A stretch of DNA of 64,000 nt from an uncultured candidatus Porisulfidus sp. (GTDB lineage Bacteria > Pseudomonadota > Gammaproteobacteria > Poriferisulfidales > Oxydemutatoraceae), in contig OZ244052.1 in the NCBI GenBank assembly GCA_965215125.1, positions 1,792,001-1,856,000 on the forward strand, given 5' to 3'. Numbering within the stretch: position 1 is the first letter of the stretch; each line of letters opens with the position of its first letter. This document shows, one piece after another, positions 20,879 to 31,393 of this stretch. A program made the position numbers and the translations under genes. The notes beneath the pieces were generated by a model. That model had not been told where the DNA came from and did no database searches. It was given only the letters and a program-made list of their open reading frames with translations.

Positions 20879-21958
20879 ATGAAGTTTTACATCATAGATT
20901 TTTATTTGGCGCGCCAACTACTAACGGGCATCGTGGTGGCTTTGCTCGCGCTGCTTGCCATAGACGGTGTGATAGATTTTCTCGATGAAATAGATAAAGT
21001 CGATGCCGACTATCCTATAGAGACAATGTTGTTTTACAGCCTGCTGGAGATTGCCGTCAGTGCTTACGAATTATTGCCCATTGCCGTTTTATTGGGTTGC
21101 ATGGTGGGCTTGGGAAGCATGGCCGTTAATTTTGAGTTTTTAGCGTTGCGCGCCTGCGGTTATACCCGCATGCGCATTGCCTACTCTATTTTATCGGTCG
21201 GTGCTTTACTGATGATCGGCACTTTTATCTACGGGGAGTTCGTCGTGCCCAAGGCACAATATCGGCAATATGAAATTAAACATTGTTGCGAACAACAGTC
21301 GCATTTCTTCGAGTCGGATACCGGTTATTGGTTACACGAGGGGGATTATTTCATTAACTTCAAAACCTTATTAAGCGACGACAAGTATCTGGATGTCAAT
21401 GTGTTTGAATTGAATCAAAGCTATCGTTTGCTACGGCATATCGAAGCGAAGCGGGCAGTTACATCGGTTGATGAAGGGATATTAATTCTGCACGATGCCG
21501 AACTTTTTCTATTCGGAAACGAGAATCGTATTCAAAAGCGCGTTGCCGAGCAACTGCGAATTCCTTTTACGATATCGGAACTCACTCACACGATGCCCGA
21601 AAGTCTAAGGCAAGAACACATGAACTTTCGTCAGCTGCACGCGTATATCGAATTTTTGAGGCGTTCCGAATTAAATACCGATGCCTACGAACTCGCTCTG
21701 TGGACACGTTTGAGTACGATGTTGTCTATCTTGGTTGTAATATTGCTCGCTATACCGTGGATATTCGGGTCGGTGCAAAGTGCTACAATGGGAAAGCGGT
21801 TTTTCACTGCAGTTTTATTAGGTTTGTCGTATATCATCGTGAGTCAAATTTTCGGGAATTTATCAATTAGCTACCATTTCTCGGCATGGCTGGGAGCGTT
21901 TCTGCCGATTATTCTTTTTTCGCTGTTGGGTTTTTATCTGTTGAGGGTGATACGCTGA
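20879..21958 (+). CDS. lptG: LPS export ABC transporter permease LptG
   Basis: IDFYLARQL, LLPIAVLLG, YELALWTR; follows lptF; start at MKFY (20879). Confidence 0.85.
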   Translation: MKFYIIDFYLARQLLTGIVVALLALLAIDGVIDFLDEIDKVDADYPIETMLFYSLLEIAVSAYELLPIAVLLGCMVGLGSMAVNFEFLALRACGYTRMRIAYSILSVGALLMIGTFIYGEFVVPKAQYRQYEIKHCCEQQSHFFESDTGYWLHEGDYFINFKTLLSDDKYLDVNVFELNQSYRLLRHIEAKRAVTSVDEGILILHDAELFLFGNENRIQKRVAEQLRIPFTISELTHTMPESLRQEHMNFRQLHAYIEFLRRSELNTDAYELALWTRLSTMLSILVVILLAIPWIFGSVQSATMGKRFFTAVLLGLSYIIVSQIFGNLSISYHFSAWLGAFLPIILFSLLGFYLLRVIR

Positions 21959-22364
21959 TCAATCGGCTTTTTGACACGATGTCGTGCCAAGCACGATTTT
22001 GCTTATCAAAGAGCACATGGATAAATCCGAAGCCACATACTACCGACGAGAAAACGGCACAAACGATACGCAACAACGCTTTTTCCCATCCTATCGGGTA
22101 ACCCTCCAGATCTACAACGCGTATTTTCCATGTTTTCATACCGAGTGTTTGACCACCGTATATCCAGAAGCCTATATAGTACAGAGGGATTAGTGCATAG
22201 ATAAAAAACACATAGAACAAATAACCTGCTTGACCTTGTTGTATACCCGAGATTGCCCACGGCAAACTTGTAATGAGCAAGACCGCAAACAATAAAATCA
22301 AGTCATACACTATTGCGGCTAAGCGTCTAGCTAATCCGATGTTATTCGTAGGAGGAATAGGCAT
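21909..22364 (-). CDS. RDD family membrane protein
   Basis: RRLAAIVYD, GQTLGMKTWKIRVV, RAWHD. Confidence 0.9.
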   Translation of the reverse strand: MPIPPTNNIGLARRLAAIVYDLILLFAVLLITSLPWAISGIQQGQAGYLFYVFFIYALIPLYYIGFWIYGGQTLGMKTWKIRVVDLEGYPIGWEKALLRIVCAVFSSVVCGFGFIHVLFDKQNRAWHDIVSKSRLISVSPSTDKNPTAKKE

Positions 22365-22400
22365 GTGGACATTCTGAAGAGGAGGTCAATTTCGGTGCAA

Positions 22401-23252
22401 TTATCCGTATCTAGCAAGATAAGGCTTTACATTTTGGTATTGTTTAGTAGCAAGGAGTGCTTGAAAGATATTTTTTCTGGCTGTCATATCCTGCTTGGTT
22501 AACTTTTTTTGATTTTTCATCCTTTGGACATATTTATCATTATGAAGCCAATCTCTATTTTTTCCTTGTCTAGAGAGCTCTGCATAGTAGTCATAGTTCT
22601 CCATGAAGGCTTTGGAACGTTCATGAGATCCATTCAAAAAACATTTAAGGCGGGATATTTCTCTTTCCGGGTATGTCAGTAAATCTTCATAGTATATAAC
22701 CATTTTATTTCCACTAAAACGATCGTAGACATTTATCAACTCTAAATAAATGATAGCCCCATATAGAAAACGAAGTTTACTGTTCTTTTCACCATGCAAT
22801 AAATATTGAACTGGCCCGCTAAGATGGTCATGATAATTTCTAATCAGTAGTATAATAGCCAGCACGGAAGTCCTTTCATAAGGAACATGAGATTTATAAA
22901 GAATGAAAGGATTTTTTGGGTTTACATGGGTTAAAGGATGTTCTTCACTAGGGAAAGTATTTAGATATATAGGAATATCTTCTGAATTATTTTTGCAACC
23001 ATGAGTAGGGCAATCGGTAAGATACTCGGTTATAAAACGGACCCAGTGATTGCCGCTTCTGGGAAAGGACCATAAGGCATTATGATCAAAAGCATAATGT
23101 TTTCCATACCCTTTAAATGGTTTTTTTAAAATCGCTATATATAAATGAGATAATAAGTCTGCAACTTTTTTTGAGGAAAATAAGCTGTTACTTCTACTTA
23201 ATATACTTAGTAATACTGACATAAAATAATTTTTAAGTAATTTACGAAACAT
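22401..23252 (-). CDS. Putative sulfotransferase-like protein
   Basis: SFPRSGNHW (5'-PSB loop), KSH, LLIRNY.D, IYYEDLL..P..EI..L..FL; AT-rich. Confidence 0.6.
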   Translation of the reverse strand: MFRKLLKNYFMSVLLSILSRSNSLFSSKKVADLLSHLYIAILKKPFKGYGKHYAFDHNALWSFPRSGNHWVRFITEYLTDCPTHGCKNNSEDIPIYLNTFPSEEHPLTHVNPKNPFILYKSHVPYERTSVLAIILLIRNYHDHLSGPVQYLLHGEKNSKLRFLYGAIIYLELINVYDRFSGNKMVIYYEDLLTYPEREISRLKCFLNGSHERSKAFMENYDYYAELSRQGKNRDWLHNDKYVQRMKNQKKLTKQDMTARKNIFQALLATKQYQNVKPYLARYG

Positions 23253-23295
23253 TTATAGTATTTGATGGATAGTATTAAAGTTATTATAGAACATA

Positions 23296-24194
23296 TGACC
23301 TTCCCCCATTTTCAGGACCAAAACTTGAATGAGATATGTATTATAAGTCACTTCTGTGCCTTATGCTAATAAAATATTAAATAAGCTAGATTGCCAAGCT
23401 CACATTCCGATATGGGTTGGTTATTCTCGTTCAGTGGCAATTTAGACAAAATCCTATGTTGTTGCCTAAATTGAAGTCTTGCAACTAAAAAACCAGCCTC
23501 ATAATGCGCCTTTAAGCGACGATCTCTAGTCGAGATGACCTCTACTAGCTGCTGATTTTTAGCTCGTTTCATAACTACTAAACAAGCCTTCCGCTATGCA
23601 ACGCATGTGGCGAATGCTACCGGGTCATATAATCTAATGAGCTATGCGGTCGTTCATGGTTATAGTGGTATCGCCACTGTTCAATAATATGACGCGCTTC
23701 CTGAAGGCTGCGGAATCAGTGCTGGTTAAGGCAATTGTCTCTAAACTTGCCGTTCAGGCTTTCCACCAAAGCATTCTGGGTCGGCTTGCCCGGTTGAATA
23801 AAGTGCAGTTTCACCCTGCTATCCTGCAACAACGCTTCTTTTGCTTGCCGGGGTCACCACTTTTTTGACAGCACATCCTTGAGGGCGGTGATTTCTAGTT
23901 GTTGCTCGCCGACTAGTTTCTTGAGTTGGTTATTCTGCAATTCAAGGCTCTTTAATCGCTTGGCTTCGTTGACTTCTAACCCGGCATATTTGCTACGCCA
24001 GTTGTAAAAGGTGCCATGCGCTATACCGAGTTCTCGGCAAATGTCCTCTGTGCTGCGACCTGCCTCGTGCGATTTGATCGCACCGATAATTTGCTCTTCT
24101 GTATATCGTTTCTTCATTTTGAAATCTCCTGTTGTTTACTAATTTAACTGGAAATCTCATCTTTGTCATGCCCCGGTTTTTTGGGGTAAGGTCA
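23296..24194 (-). mobile_element. Internally deleted IS3-family element (IS407-group-like)
   Basis: Imperfect TIRs TGACCTTCCCCCATTTT (23296) and TGACCTTACCCCAAAAA (24194, minus); intact orfA; orfB N-terminus [10 protein letters not shown] joined directly to C-terminal [21 protein letters not shown] with a stop. Confidence 0.85.
23854..24117 (-). CDS. IS3-family transposase OrfA
   Basis: MKKRYTEEQII...ICRELGI..GTFYNWRSKYAGLEV; close paralog of 38924-39187. Confidence 0.9.
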   Translation of the reverse strand: MKKRYTEEQIIGAIKSHEAGRSTEDICRELGIAHGTFYNWRSKYAGLEVNEAKRLKSLELQNNQLKKLVGEQQLEITALKDVLSKKW

Positions 24195-24597
24195 GCTGAC
24201 CTAGAGGTTATTTTATAAGCCCAATGGGATTTATAAAGAACAAAAGTATTTTCTGGATTCACATGGGCTAAGGAGTGTTCTTTACTAGGGAAAGTATTTA
24301 GATAAATAGGGACATCCCTTTGATTTCCTTTGCCTCCTGCAGAGGGACAACCAGTAAGATATTCAGCTATAAAACGAGTCCAATGATTGCCGCTTCTAGG
24401 AGCCGACCACAGGGCATTGTGATCAAAAGTAAGGTTTTCGCTTAAATAGTTATAATGTTTTTCCTTATTCTCGGTAGTTACAAATAAATGTAATAATAAG
24501 TTTCCGATTTTTCTTGAAAAAAAGAGTTGCTATTAAGTTTATTGGATAATAAACCGGCGAATGCCAGCATCAAACGTTTAAGTAATTTACGAAACAT
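24195..24597 (-). pseudogene. Frameshifted, IS-truncated paralog of the 22401-23252 sulfotransferase-like gene
   Basis: Starts MFRKLLK with the same upstream DNA as 23252; frameshift in A7 tract (24517-24523); resumes FDHNALWSAPRSGNHW...FVLYKSHW and is cut by the IS end at 24194. Confidence 0.8.
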
Positions 24598-24653
24598 TTA
24601 TAGTATTTGATAAATAGCATTAGGCATTATTATAGCACCTAGAGGAACAAGCT

Positions 24654-25616
24654 ATGCGCCATCTTTATTCTGCGATTGAACCATATAAGCAATACACACT
24701 TAGCGTGGATAACGACCATGTATTACATGTAGAAGAGAGTGGTAACCCTAACGGGTTGCCGGTTGTTTTTCTGCATGGTGGACCGGGTGCCGGTTGCGAA
24801 CCGAGTCATCGTTGCTTTTTTAATCCCGAACTCTATCGTATCGTTCTATTTGATCAGCGAGGTTGCGGTCGTTCCACACCACACGCCGAGTTGCGCCACA
24901 ACACCACCTTGCATCTGATAGACGACATGGAGCGGATACGCATAGATTTAGCGATTGAGCAATGGATTGTATTCGGTGGTTCGTGGGGTTCTACTTTAGC
25001 CCTTGCGTATGCTCAAACCTATCCTGCGCGTTGTTTAGGACTTATTTTGCGAGGCATATTTTTGTGTAGGGAAAGAGATATATCGTGGTTTTATCAAGAT
25101 GGTGCAAGCTATATATTTCCGGATCTTTGGAAAGATTATCAAAGGATTATTCCACCCGAAGAGCGAAAGGATATGGTCGGTGCGTATTATCGTCGCCTAA
25201 TTAGTGAAGATATAGATGTACGATTGCAAGCGGCAAGAGCATGGGCGCAATGGGAAGCATGCACATCCAATCTAAATTCCAATGCAGCAGTGATTGACTT
25301 TTTCACTCAAGATAAAGTCGCATTGAGCCTTGCGAGAATAGAGTGCCATTATTTTATCAACCATGTTTTTCTAAAGGATCAACCACTGTTAAACCGCATG
25401 GATCGCCTTTCCGATATACCGGGAATAATCGTTCATGGACGCTACGATGTCGTGTGTCCGATTGAACAAGCATGGTTATTACACCGGCATTGGCAGAAAG
25501 CCGAATTACATATCGTTGCGGAAGCAGGTCATTCGGCTTTTGAACACGGCATTACCGACCGTTTGGTGCAAAGTACCGATGCAATGGCAGGGCGTATCGG
25601 TGGGCGACATTTGTGA
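24654..25616 (+). CDS. pip: Proline iminopeptidase
   Basis: LHGGPGAG, FDQRGCGRS, FGGSWGS nucleophile, HGRYDVVC, AGHS. Confidence 0.95.
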   Translation: MRHLYSAIEPYKQYTLSVDNDHVLHVEESGNPNGLPVVFLHGGPGAGCEPSHRCFFNPELYRIVLFDQRGCGRSTPHAELRHNTTLHLIDDMERIRIDLAIEQWIVFGGSWGSTLALAYAQTYPARCLGLILRGIFLCRERDISWFYQDGASYIFPDLWKDYQRIIPPEERKDMVGAYYRRLISEDIDVRLQAARAWAQWEACTSNLNSNAAVIDFFTQDKVALSLARIECHYFINHVFLKDQPLLNRMDRLSDIPGIIVHGRYDVVCPIEQAWLLHRHWQKAELHIVAEAGHSAFEHGITDRLVQSTDAMAGRIGGRHL

Positions 25617-25623
25617 TACAGAA

Positions 25624-26061
25624 ATGATTGCTTTGCTACAGAGAGTTAGTTATGGTTGCGTACGGATAGAAGGCAATATCGTTGCCGAGATTGGCCGTGG
25701 TGTACTGGTATTAGTTGCGGTACAACCCGACGACGACAAACGATGTGCCATGCGCATGGGAGAACGCATCTTAGGTTATCGTATGTTTTCCGACAACGAA
25801 GGCAGAATGAACCTACCGGTTACGGAAGTAGGCGGTGAAGTATTGCTGGTGCCGCAATTCACCTTAGCTGCGAACACGGACAAAGGTATGCGTCCCAGTT
25901 TCACGAAAGCTGCAAAACCCGAAACCGCTCGTTCGCTGTTTGAACATCTATATATAAACATGCGTAGCGTATACTCCAAACTCAGCCGTGGCAAGTTCGG
26001 TGCGACGATGCAAGTCAAGCTGGTCAACGAGGGGCCGGTTACTTTTATATTGCAAACATGA
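25624..26061 (+). CDS. dtd: D-aminoacyl-tRNA deacylase
   Basis: MIALLQRV, PQFTL, GMRPSF, GKFGATMQVKLVNEGPVTF; start at ATG 25624. Confidence 0.95.
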   Translation: MIALLQRVSYGCVRIEGNIVAEIGRGVLVLVAVQPDDDKRCAMRMGERILGYRMFSDNEGRMNLPVTEVGGEVLLVPQFTLAANTDKGMRPSFTKAAKPETARSLFEHLYINMRSVYSKLSRGKFGATMQVKLVNEGPVTFILQT

Positions 26062-26239
26062 TGGTATTTACCCGTTTCCTCAAACAAGGTTATGCCGGAG
26101 ATGGCTAAATGAAGCTGTGGTTAAACTCTGCCTTGTGTAACCGCCGTATATAACTGCCCTGTATATAATTTCCTACATAATATTTACTGTCGGTAATGCT
26201 TTATAATGCAGAAATAAATTCTCGGTTCAAACAACTATA

Positions 26240-27319
26240 ATGGCAACCCCTCCTCCTATCTATGTTATCAATCTAAAGCGTAACCCCGAGCGTAGACTGC
26301 ATATACAAAGACAGCTGGATGCGCTCAGTTTGGAGTACGAGTTTGTAGATGTGGATGATATTGATAAATATGAACTGGAATCAAAAGCATACCGCACGCG
26401 CATTGCCCAATCGTTAGGCATTGACGAGTCGCTTTTGGAAAACAAATATGCTGCGATCGTTAATCATGCGAAAACTGAGAAAGACAAAAACTGGAAAAAT
26501 GCCAACCTAGGTCAAATTGCTATCATATTAAGCCATATCAAAATTTATGACTTGATGGTCAAAAATGGTATTGACTGGGCATGCATACTAGAAGATGATG
26601 CTACCTTATTGCCGACTTTTCCCGAGGTTCTTAAAATTGCCCCTAAACTGGAATGGGATATACTGCTACTTGCCAGTCAGCCTTCCGGCTTTTGGCCTCT
26701 AATAGATTTAGTACAGACAAAACCTATCAGATATTTATTATTTTTTAGAAAGTTTATTAAATATTTATTCTCTTTGAACCATAGAACTAATAACTCTAAT
26801 AGTGCAAAACAAAGAGCTTATTCGGTAAAACGCTTATTGGAAGTGTACGGTATCAGTCCCTATCTTTATCCTAGGCAGTCGGAAAGAATCGCACAAATTT
26901 ATCAAGAATATGATACAAAGTTTGAAGAGATTATGAGAACAACCATACCGGACAAACTCCGTTTATCTTGGAGCGAGTTTAGATCTTGTAAAAAGAGACA
27001 TAGCGAATTGTACGGGGTCTTAGTGCTTTATACTTCCATTCAGCTCGGTGCATTGCCTGAAAAAAATAGTTTGGAATCGATAAACGAGTATCATCGTATC
27101 ACCGAACCAAAATACTGTCCTCTCGCAGCGACAGGCTATTTAGTAAATCAATCGACAGCAATGAAATGGAAACGCAAAGCCCTTGCTCCCGATATTTTGG
27201 CCATAGACCAGATTCCCTGGAGGTTATACAAAAATGAGCAGGTCAGGCTACGAATAGTTACTCCACCTTGTGCAACGGCTACTTATGACTATCTTAAATA
27301 TAGTGTTCGCCGCCGGTAA
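26240..27319 (+). CDS. Glycosyltransferase family 25 (paralog 1)
   Basis: IYVINLKRNPERR, LSH..IY, ACILEDDA. Confidence 0.85.
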   Translation: MATPPPIYVINLKRNPERRLHIQRQLDALSLEYEFVDVDDIDKYELESKAYRTRIAQSLGIDESLLENKYAAIVNHAKTEKDKNWKNANLGQIAIILSHIKIYDLMVKNGIDWACILEDDATLLPTFPEVLKIAPKLEWDILLLASQPSGFWPLIDLVQTKPIRYLLFFRKFIKYLFSLNHRTNNSNSAKQRAYSVKRLLEVYGISPYLYPRQSERIAQIYQEYDTKFEEIMRTTIPDKLRLSWSEFRSCKKRHSELYGVLVLYTSIQLGALPEKNSLESINEYHRITEPKYCPLAATGYLVNQSTAMKWKRKALAPDILAIDQIPWRLYKNEQVRLRIVTPPCATATYDYLKYSVRRR

Positions 27320-27362
27320 TGCTTTATAATGCAGAAATAAATTCTTGGTTCAAACAACTATA

Positions 27363-28418
27363 ATGGCAACCCTTCCTCGTATTTATGTTATCAATCTAAA
27401 GCGTAACCCCGAGCGTAGGCTACATATACAAAGACAACTGGATGCTTTGGGCATAAACTATCAATTCGTAGACGCGATTGATATGTTTGATCTGAAAAAG
27501 CCCCAATATCTTAGCGATATTAGCTGCATCTTAGGTATTGACAAAGCCGACCTGCAATACAAGTATTCTAAATTTGTCGGCATATCCAAAGCCAATAGGC
27601 AGAAAAACCAAGACATGTTAGGTCGCTTTGCTTGTTTACTGAGCCATGTCAAAACTTACAATTTGATACTTGAGAATGGCGACAATATAGCCTGTGTTAT
27701 AGAAGACGATGCCGTTTTATTACCGACTTTCCTTGAAGTATTGACAATAGCTCCCGAATTTCCATTTGATATATTGATGTTTTCCAGCCATTCTCATACC
27801 GTTCGCAAAGCTTTGGAAAAATTCAACGGTATCTACAGGCGGATTATAAAATCCCACAATTATGTATTACTCATGAAATATCGTATTAGAAAAACATCAT
27901 ATATATATATATATAAACATATAAGTGAATTACTAGGCATCTCGGCTTCTTTATATCCCGAACAATCAAAAGCCGTAATGGAAATATTAGAGAATTTTAT
28001 AGATGAATACAGAGATATAGTCAAGTTACACAACTGCGAACAAAGTTTGGTATGGTCCCTCTCTCCGTCTACATCCGAGGCACTTAAATCGTATAAAGAT
28101 TTGGTAATACATACGGGGTGTCAATTAGGTGGATTACCTGCTAAACAGAGCCGTCAAGCTATAAACGATCATCATTGCATCGCCGAACCTGCCGAGAGGC
28201 CTACTTCGAGCATGGCTTATTTGTTGACTCGGGCAGTGATAAAAGAATGGAAGTCAATGGCTATAGGCGACAATATATTGCCAATAGATAGCATTCCTTG
28301 GCATTTGCATAGGAATCGTCTAGCAAATCTTCGCATCGTATCTCCTCCTTGTGTGGTGGGTTCTTATAACTATCAGAAACACTCTACTCGTCAAAAATAT
28401 AAAGTTTTATACATTTAG
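27363..28418 (+). CDS. Glycosyltransferase family 25 (paralog 2), contains (AT)8 tract
   Basis: IYVINLKRNPERR, FVDAID, ACLLSH, VIEDDA; 5' end and upstream region nearly identical to paralog 1. Confidence 0.85.
   Translation: MATLPRIYVINLKRNPERRLHIQRQLDALGINYQFVDAIDMFDLKKPQYLSDISCILGIDKADLQYKYSKFVGISKANRQKNQDMLGRFACLLSHVKTYNLILENGDNIACVIEDDAVLLPTFLEVLTIAPEFPFDILMFSSHSHTVRKALEKFNGIYRRIIKSHNYVLLMKYRIRKTSYIYIYKHISELLGISASLYPEQSKAVMEILENFIDEYRDIVKLHNCEQSLVWSLSPSTSEALKSYKDLVIHTGCQLGGLPAKQSRQAINDHHCIAEPAERPTSSMAYLLTRAVIKEWKSMAIGDNILPIDSIPWHLHRNRLANLRIVSPPCVVGSYNYQKHSTRQKYKVLYI
27899..27914 (+). repeat. (AT)8 dinucleotide tract inside GT25 coding sequence
   Basis: ATATATATATATATAT within the codons for SYIYIYK. 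Confidence 0.9.
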
Positions 28419-28453
28419 TTCGGTATGACATAGGACTCTATAAAGCCTATCTT

Positions 28454-29458
28454 TTAATCACAATTTAGATATTGGTGAAAATTATCGCTTTGTTTGGTTC
28501 TCAGTGTTTCTAATAACGCTCGTTGTGGAATAGGTAGATAATTCGGAGCACTCCTTCTCTCCCGATTTCTATTTAACGAGATAATTCCGATGTTCGGATT
28601 GAGATATCTGCCGATGTCTATAAACTGGGAACCCGTTGTATAGATGAGCCGAGCTTTAGATGCAATCAAAACATCTATTAAGGCATCACACTTTTGGCGG
28701 TATACCTCTTCATCGCTATAGCGGTTATCGTGCCTCAGATGTAGAGTTTTGGTATCGGTAGATCTTCTGATCTCCCTATAATATACTCTATTCGGAAATA
28801 CGAGTTGCACTTTGTCTATGAACTGTGCTTGATCCGAACACACGAAGATACTGCATCGGTCGTCTAAAACCGCTTTTAGATAGGTGATATATGAATCCAT
28901 TGCTATCAGTCGCTCCACACATCTAAGATGGGTGTATATATCGGTGCCTCGGTAATGCACCGCAACCCAGTCTCCTTTAATATATGTGTTAAGCCATTCA
29001 TCCGCTTGATGCTGTATATCTTGTCTGATGGATAGTTGCGAGATGACACCGTGTCCGTACTCCGCAGAAATATCCTTCCTTGCAGCCCTCCTTCCGGTAC
29101 TTGCCAAGTAGCTACTGATACTGTCTATATAAAATACCTTTTGATTAGAATCGGTTTTGCAAGGAGTGCTTTTGTTTATGTGGATATTTTCAAAAAGCGG
29201 CTTGAGTTCGTCCGGAAATACGAACTTAAGATTTATGTTTTTCTTGTCGCATATCCATGCGATGCCTATGATGCCATAGAGATAATTCGCTAGGGTTGGG
29301 TTCTTTATCCTTGCAACGATGCAATTTTTGGAGGAGATAACGAGGTAAATATGAAAAAATGTCCTAACGATGTTGCGGTAGACGATGCTGAATTTTCTTC
29401 TGAATATGTACATACGCTTGGATAGGGCACTTTTTCCACGATTGTTTGAAAATTTCAT
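28454..29458 (-). CDS. NodZ-like / GDP-fucose-type glycosyltransferase (paralog 1)
   Basis: WVAVHYRGTD, IFVCSD, ALIDVLIASKA...GSQF match fucosyltransferase motifs I-III. Confidence 0.65.
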   Translation of the reverse strand: MKFSNNRGKSALSKRMYIFRRKFSIVYRNIVRTFFHIYLVISSKNCIVARIKNPTLANYLYGIIGIAWICDKKNINLKFVFPDELKPLFENIHINKSTPCKTDSNQKVFYIDSISSYLASTGRRAARKDISAEYGHGVISQLSIRQDIQHQADEWLNTYIKGDWVAVHYRGTDIYTHLRCVERLIAMDSYITYLKAVLDDRCSIFVCSDQAQFIDKVQLVFPNRVYYREIRRSTDTKTLHLRHDNRYSDEEVYRQKCDALIDVLIASKARLIYTTGSQFIDIGRYLNPNIGIISLNRNRERRSAPNYLPIPQRALLETLRTKQSDNFHQYLNCD

Positions 29459-29462
29459 TGAC

Positions 29463-30404
29463 CTATTCGGACCGGCGGTGATTTTTTTGCAAAGACCGCA
29501 ATAACGATTCTTCGGGTATAGGAATATAATTTGAGGTGCTTTGCCTTCCGACTCTCTGGTCCAAAGAGACTATTTTTATTTTGGGGTTGAAATTTTTCAC
29601 CACATCTATAAACCACGACCCTGTCGTATAAATAAGCTTAGCTTTGGCTAATATCAGAATATCTATCAGGGCATTGCGCTTTTGCCGATATAGATCTTTA
29701 TCGCTATATTGGTTATTATCCGACCAGTGTATCGGTTTTTTGTCAACGGAACGTTCGATTTCTCTAAAACAAGTACGATTGGGAAATGCTCGTTGCATTT
29801 CGTCGATAAATTGCGCTTGATCCGAGCAAACGAAAATGCCGCATTGATTATCCAAAACTTCTTTTAACCAAGTAATATATAGATTTATGGACATTTTTCT
29901 TTTTGCGGATCTAGGGTGTGTATGGGCATCGGTGCCGCGGTAGTGCACTGCAACCCAGTCGCCTTTAATATGCGTGTTGAACCACATATCGGCTTGGCGT
30001 TGTATATCTCGGTTGATTGATAGTCGGGAAATAATGCCGTATCCGTATTCGGCAGGCAGATCTTTTCTAGCAGCTTTTCGTGCGATACTTGCGAGATAAT
30101 CGCCGGAACTATTTAGCAAAAAACTTTTGTCGGGGTATGTCTTATTCGGATCGCGTTGATACAAAACGGAATTTTTAAAAAATGACACCTCCTCTTTAGG
30201 GAATACGAATTCAACGGTGATGTTCGTTTTTTCGCATAACCAGGCTATCCCGATTATTCCGTAGAGATAATTTGCCAGCGACGGGCGTTCTATGCTTGCG
30301 ACTATGTGTTGTTTATTCGATATGCCCATATATAAACGGAACAACTGTCGGACAGCTTTTCGGAAGATTGCACTGAGTTTGCTTTTATAAACGAATAGAT
30401 GCAT
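29463..30404 (-). CDS. NodZ-like / GDP-fucose-type glycosyltransferase (paralog 2)
   Basis: WVAVHYRGTD, IFVCSD, ALIDILILAKA...GSWF. Confidence 0.65.
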   Translation of the reverse strand: MHLFVYKSKLSAIFRKAVRQLFRLYMGISNKQHIVASIERPSLANYLYGIIGIAWLCEKTNITVEFVFPKEEVSFFKNSVLYQRDPNKTYPDKSFLLNSSGDYLASIARKAARKDLPAEYGYGIISRLSINRDIQRQADMWFNTHIKGDWVAVHYRGTDAHTHPRSAKRKMSINLYITWLKEVLDNQCGIFVCSDQAQFIDEMQRAFPNRTCFREIERSVDKKPIHWSDNNQYSDKDLYRQKRNALIDILILAKAKLIYTTGSWFIDVVKNFNPKIKIVSLDQRVGRQSTSNYIPIPEESLLRSLQKNHRRSE

Positions 30405-30478
30405 AGAGAACCTTTTTTCTTTCGTTTATTATACAATGAGCTAATGCCGAGGAGACACATTGTCTCGGTACGCACGAT

Positions 30479-31327
30479 ATGCCATACAACGACAAGACAT
30501 CAAATAACCATTTAATAGCGGCATCTAATGTTTTGCCGTCGGCATTAAAGGCATTAGAGAAATGGATTGCCGACGGCTGTTTCGAGCAATACGAATCACC
30601 CGAGTATATATTGTCCGGCCCTAGAAATCGCCCGCATAACCGTCTATATGAATTTATACTACCGGCAGTAGATTATCGGGTCGTCATGAAAGTGACGCAT
30701 ATACACAAACAATACAGCTGGATACGCCGCCTACGAGCATTATTCAGATACTATCGTCGGCGGGATGCCAACTACAGAGCGTTTCAATGTTGTCGACATG
30801 CTTATCAACAGGGTCTCGCCGCCCCTAAACCATTGGCTTATTGGCGCAAACGCGAATCCTTCACTCAAACTAAAAGTTATTTTTTATATCGCTACATTGA
30901 GGGTAGTGTGTCGTTTCTTGAAATTTCCGAGAAATTGAGAAGAGAGAGTGAAGATAAATGGCAACAACAAAGGGATTTGTTGAAAACAAAGATTATAGAT
31001 GCCGTTAAGTGCCTTCATGACTCGGGTATCAGACACGGTGATATGGTTGCGCATAATATATTGATATCCATCCCGAATACAGACTTGTCAAAAGCAAAAG
31101 TTTGTTTTATGGATTACGATAGGAGCACTTTGTCCGGATTGCGAAGAGACACTTTTCTTAAACGATTTTTTGATTTAAGAGACCTACGCAAATTATATAT
31201 AGACGGTGCTTTACCTTACGATTTGCTCGGCATCTATTTGGGAGATGATTATCATCCGCTGTGGCGCATCGTCCTCGCTTTTTGGCGATTGGGGAAGCTT
31301 GATACCTTTACAAATAAAGTAATGTAG
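30479..31327 (+). CDS. LPS kinase (Kdo/WaaP-like) family protein
   Basis: VVMK, APKPLAY, LHDSGIRHGDMVAHNIL, FMDYD: kinase-fold HxDxxxxN and DxD motifs. Confidence 0.7.
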   Translation: MPYNDKTSNNHLIAASNVLPSALKALEKWIADGCFEQYESPEYILSGPRNRPHNRLYEFILPAVDYRVVMKVTHIHKQYSWIRRLRALFRYYRRRDANYRAFQCCRHAYQQGLAAPKPLAYWRKRESFTQTKSYFLYRYIEGSVSFLEISEKLRRESEDKWQQQRDLLKTKIIDAVKCLHDSGIRHGDMVAHNILISIPNTDLSKAKVCFMDYDRSTLSGLRRDTFLKRFFDLRDLRKLYIDGALPYDLLGIYLGDDYHPLWRIVLAFWRLGKLDTFTNKVM

Positions 31328-31393
31328 GGCTGTTTTTGATTAGTCCGGGATATAATATCTTCAATTTGTTTTTACCCGATAGGATTATCCAGT

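Noticed and set aside
25435-25623. Long N-terminal extension of dtd overlapping pip
   Set aside because: Dtd homology begins at ATG 25624; the upstream part is an alternative frame of pip.
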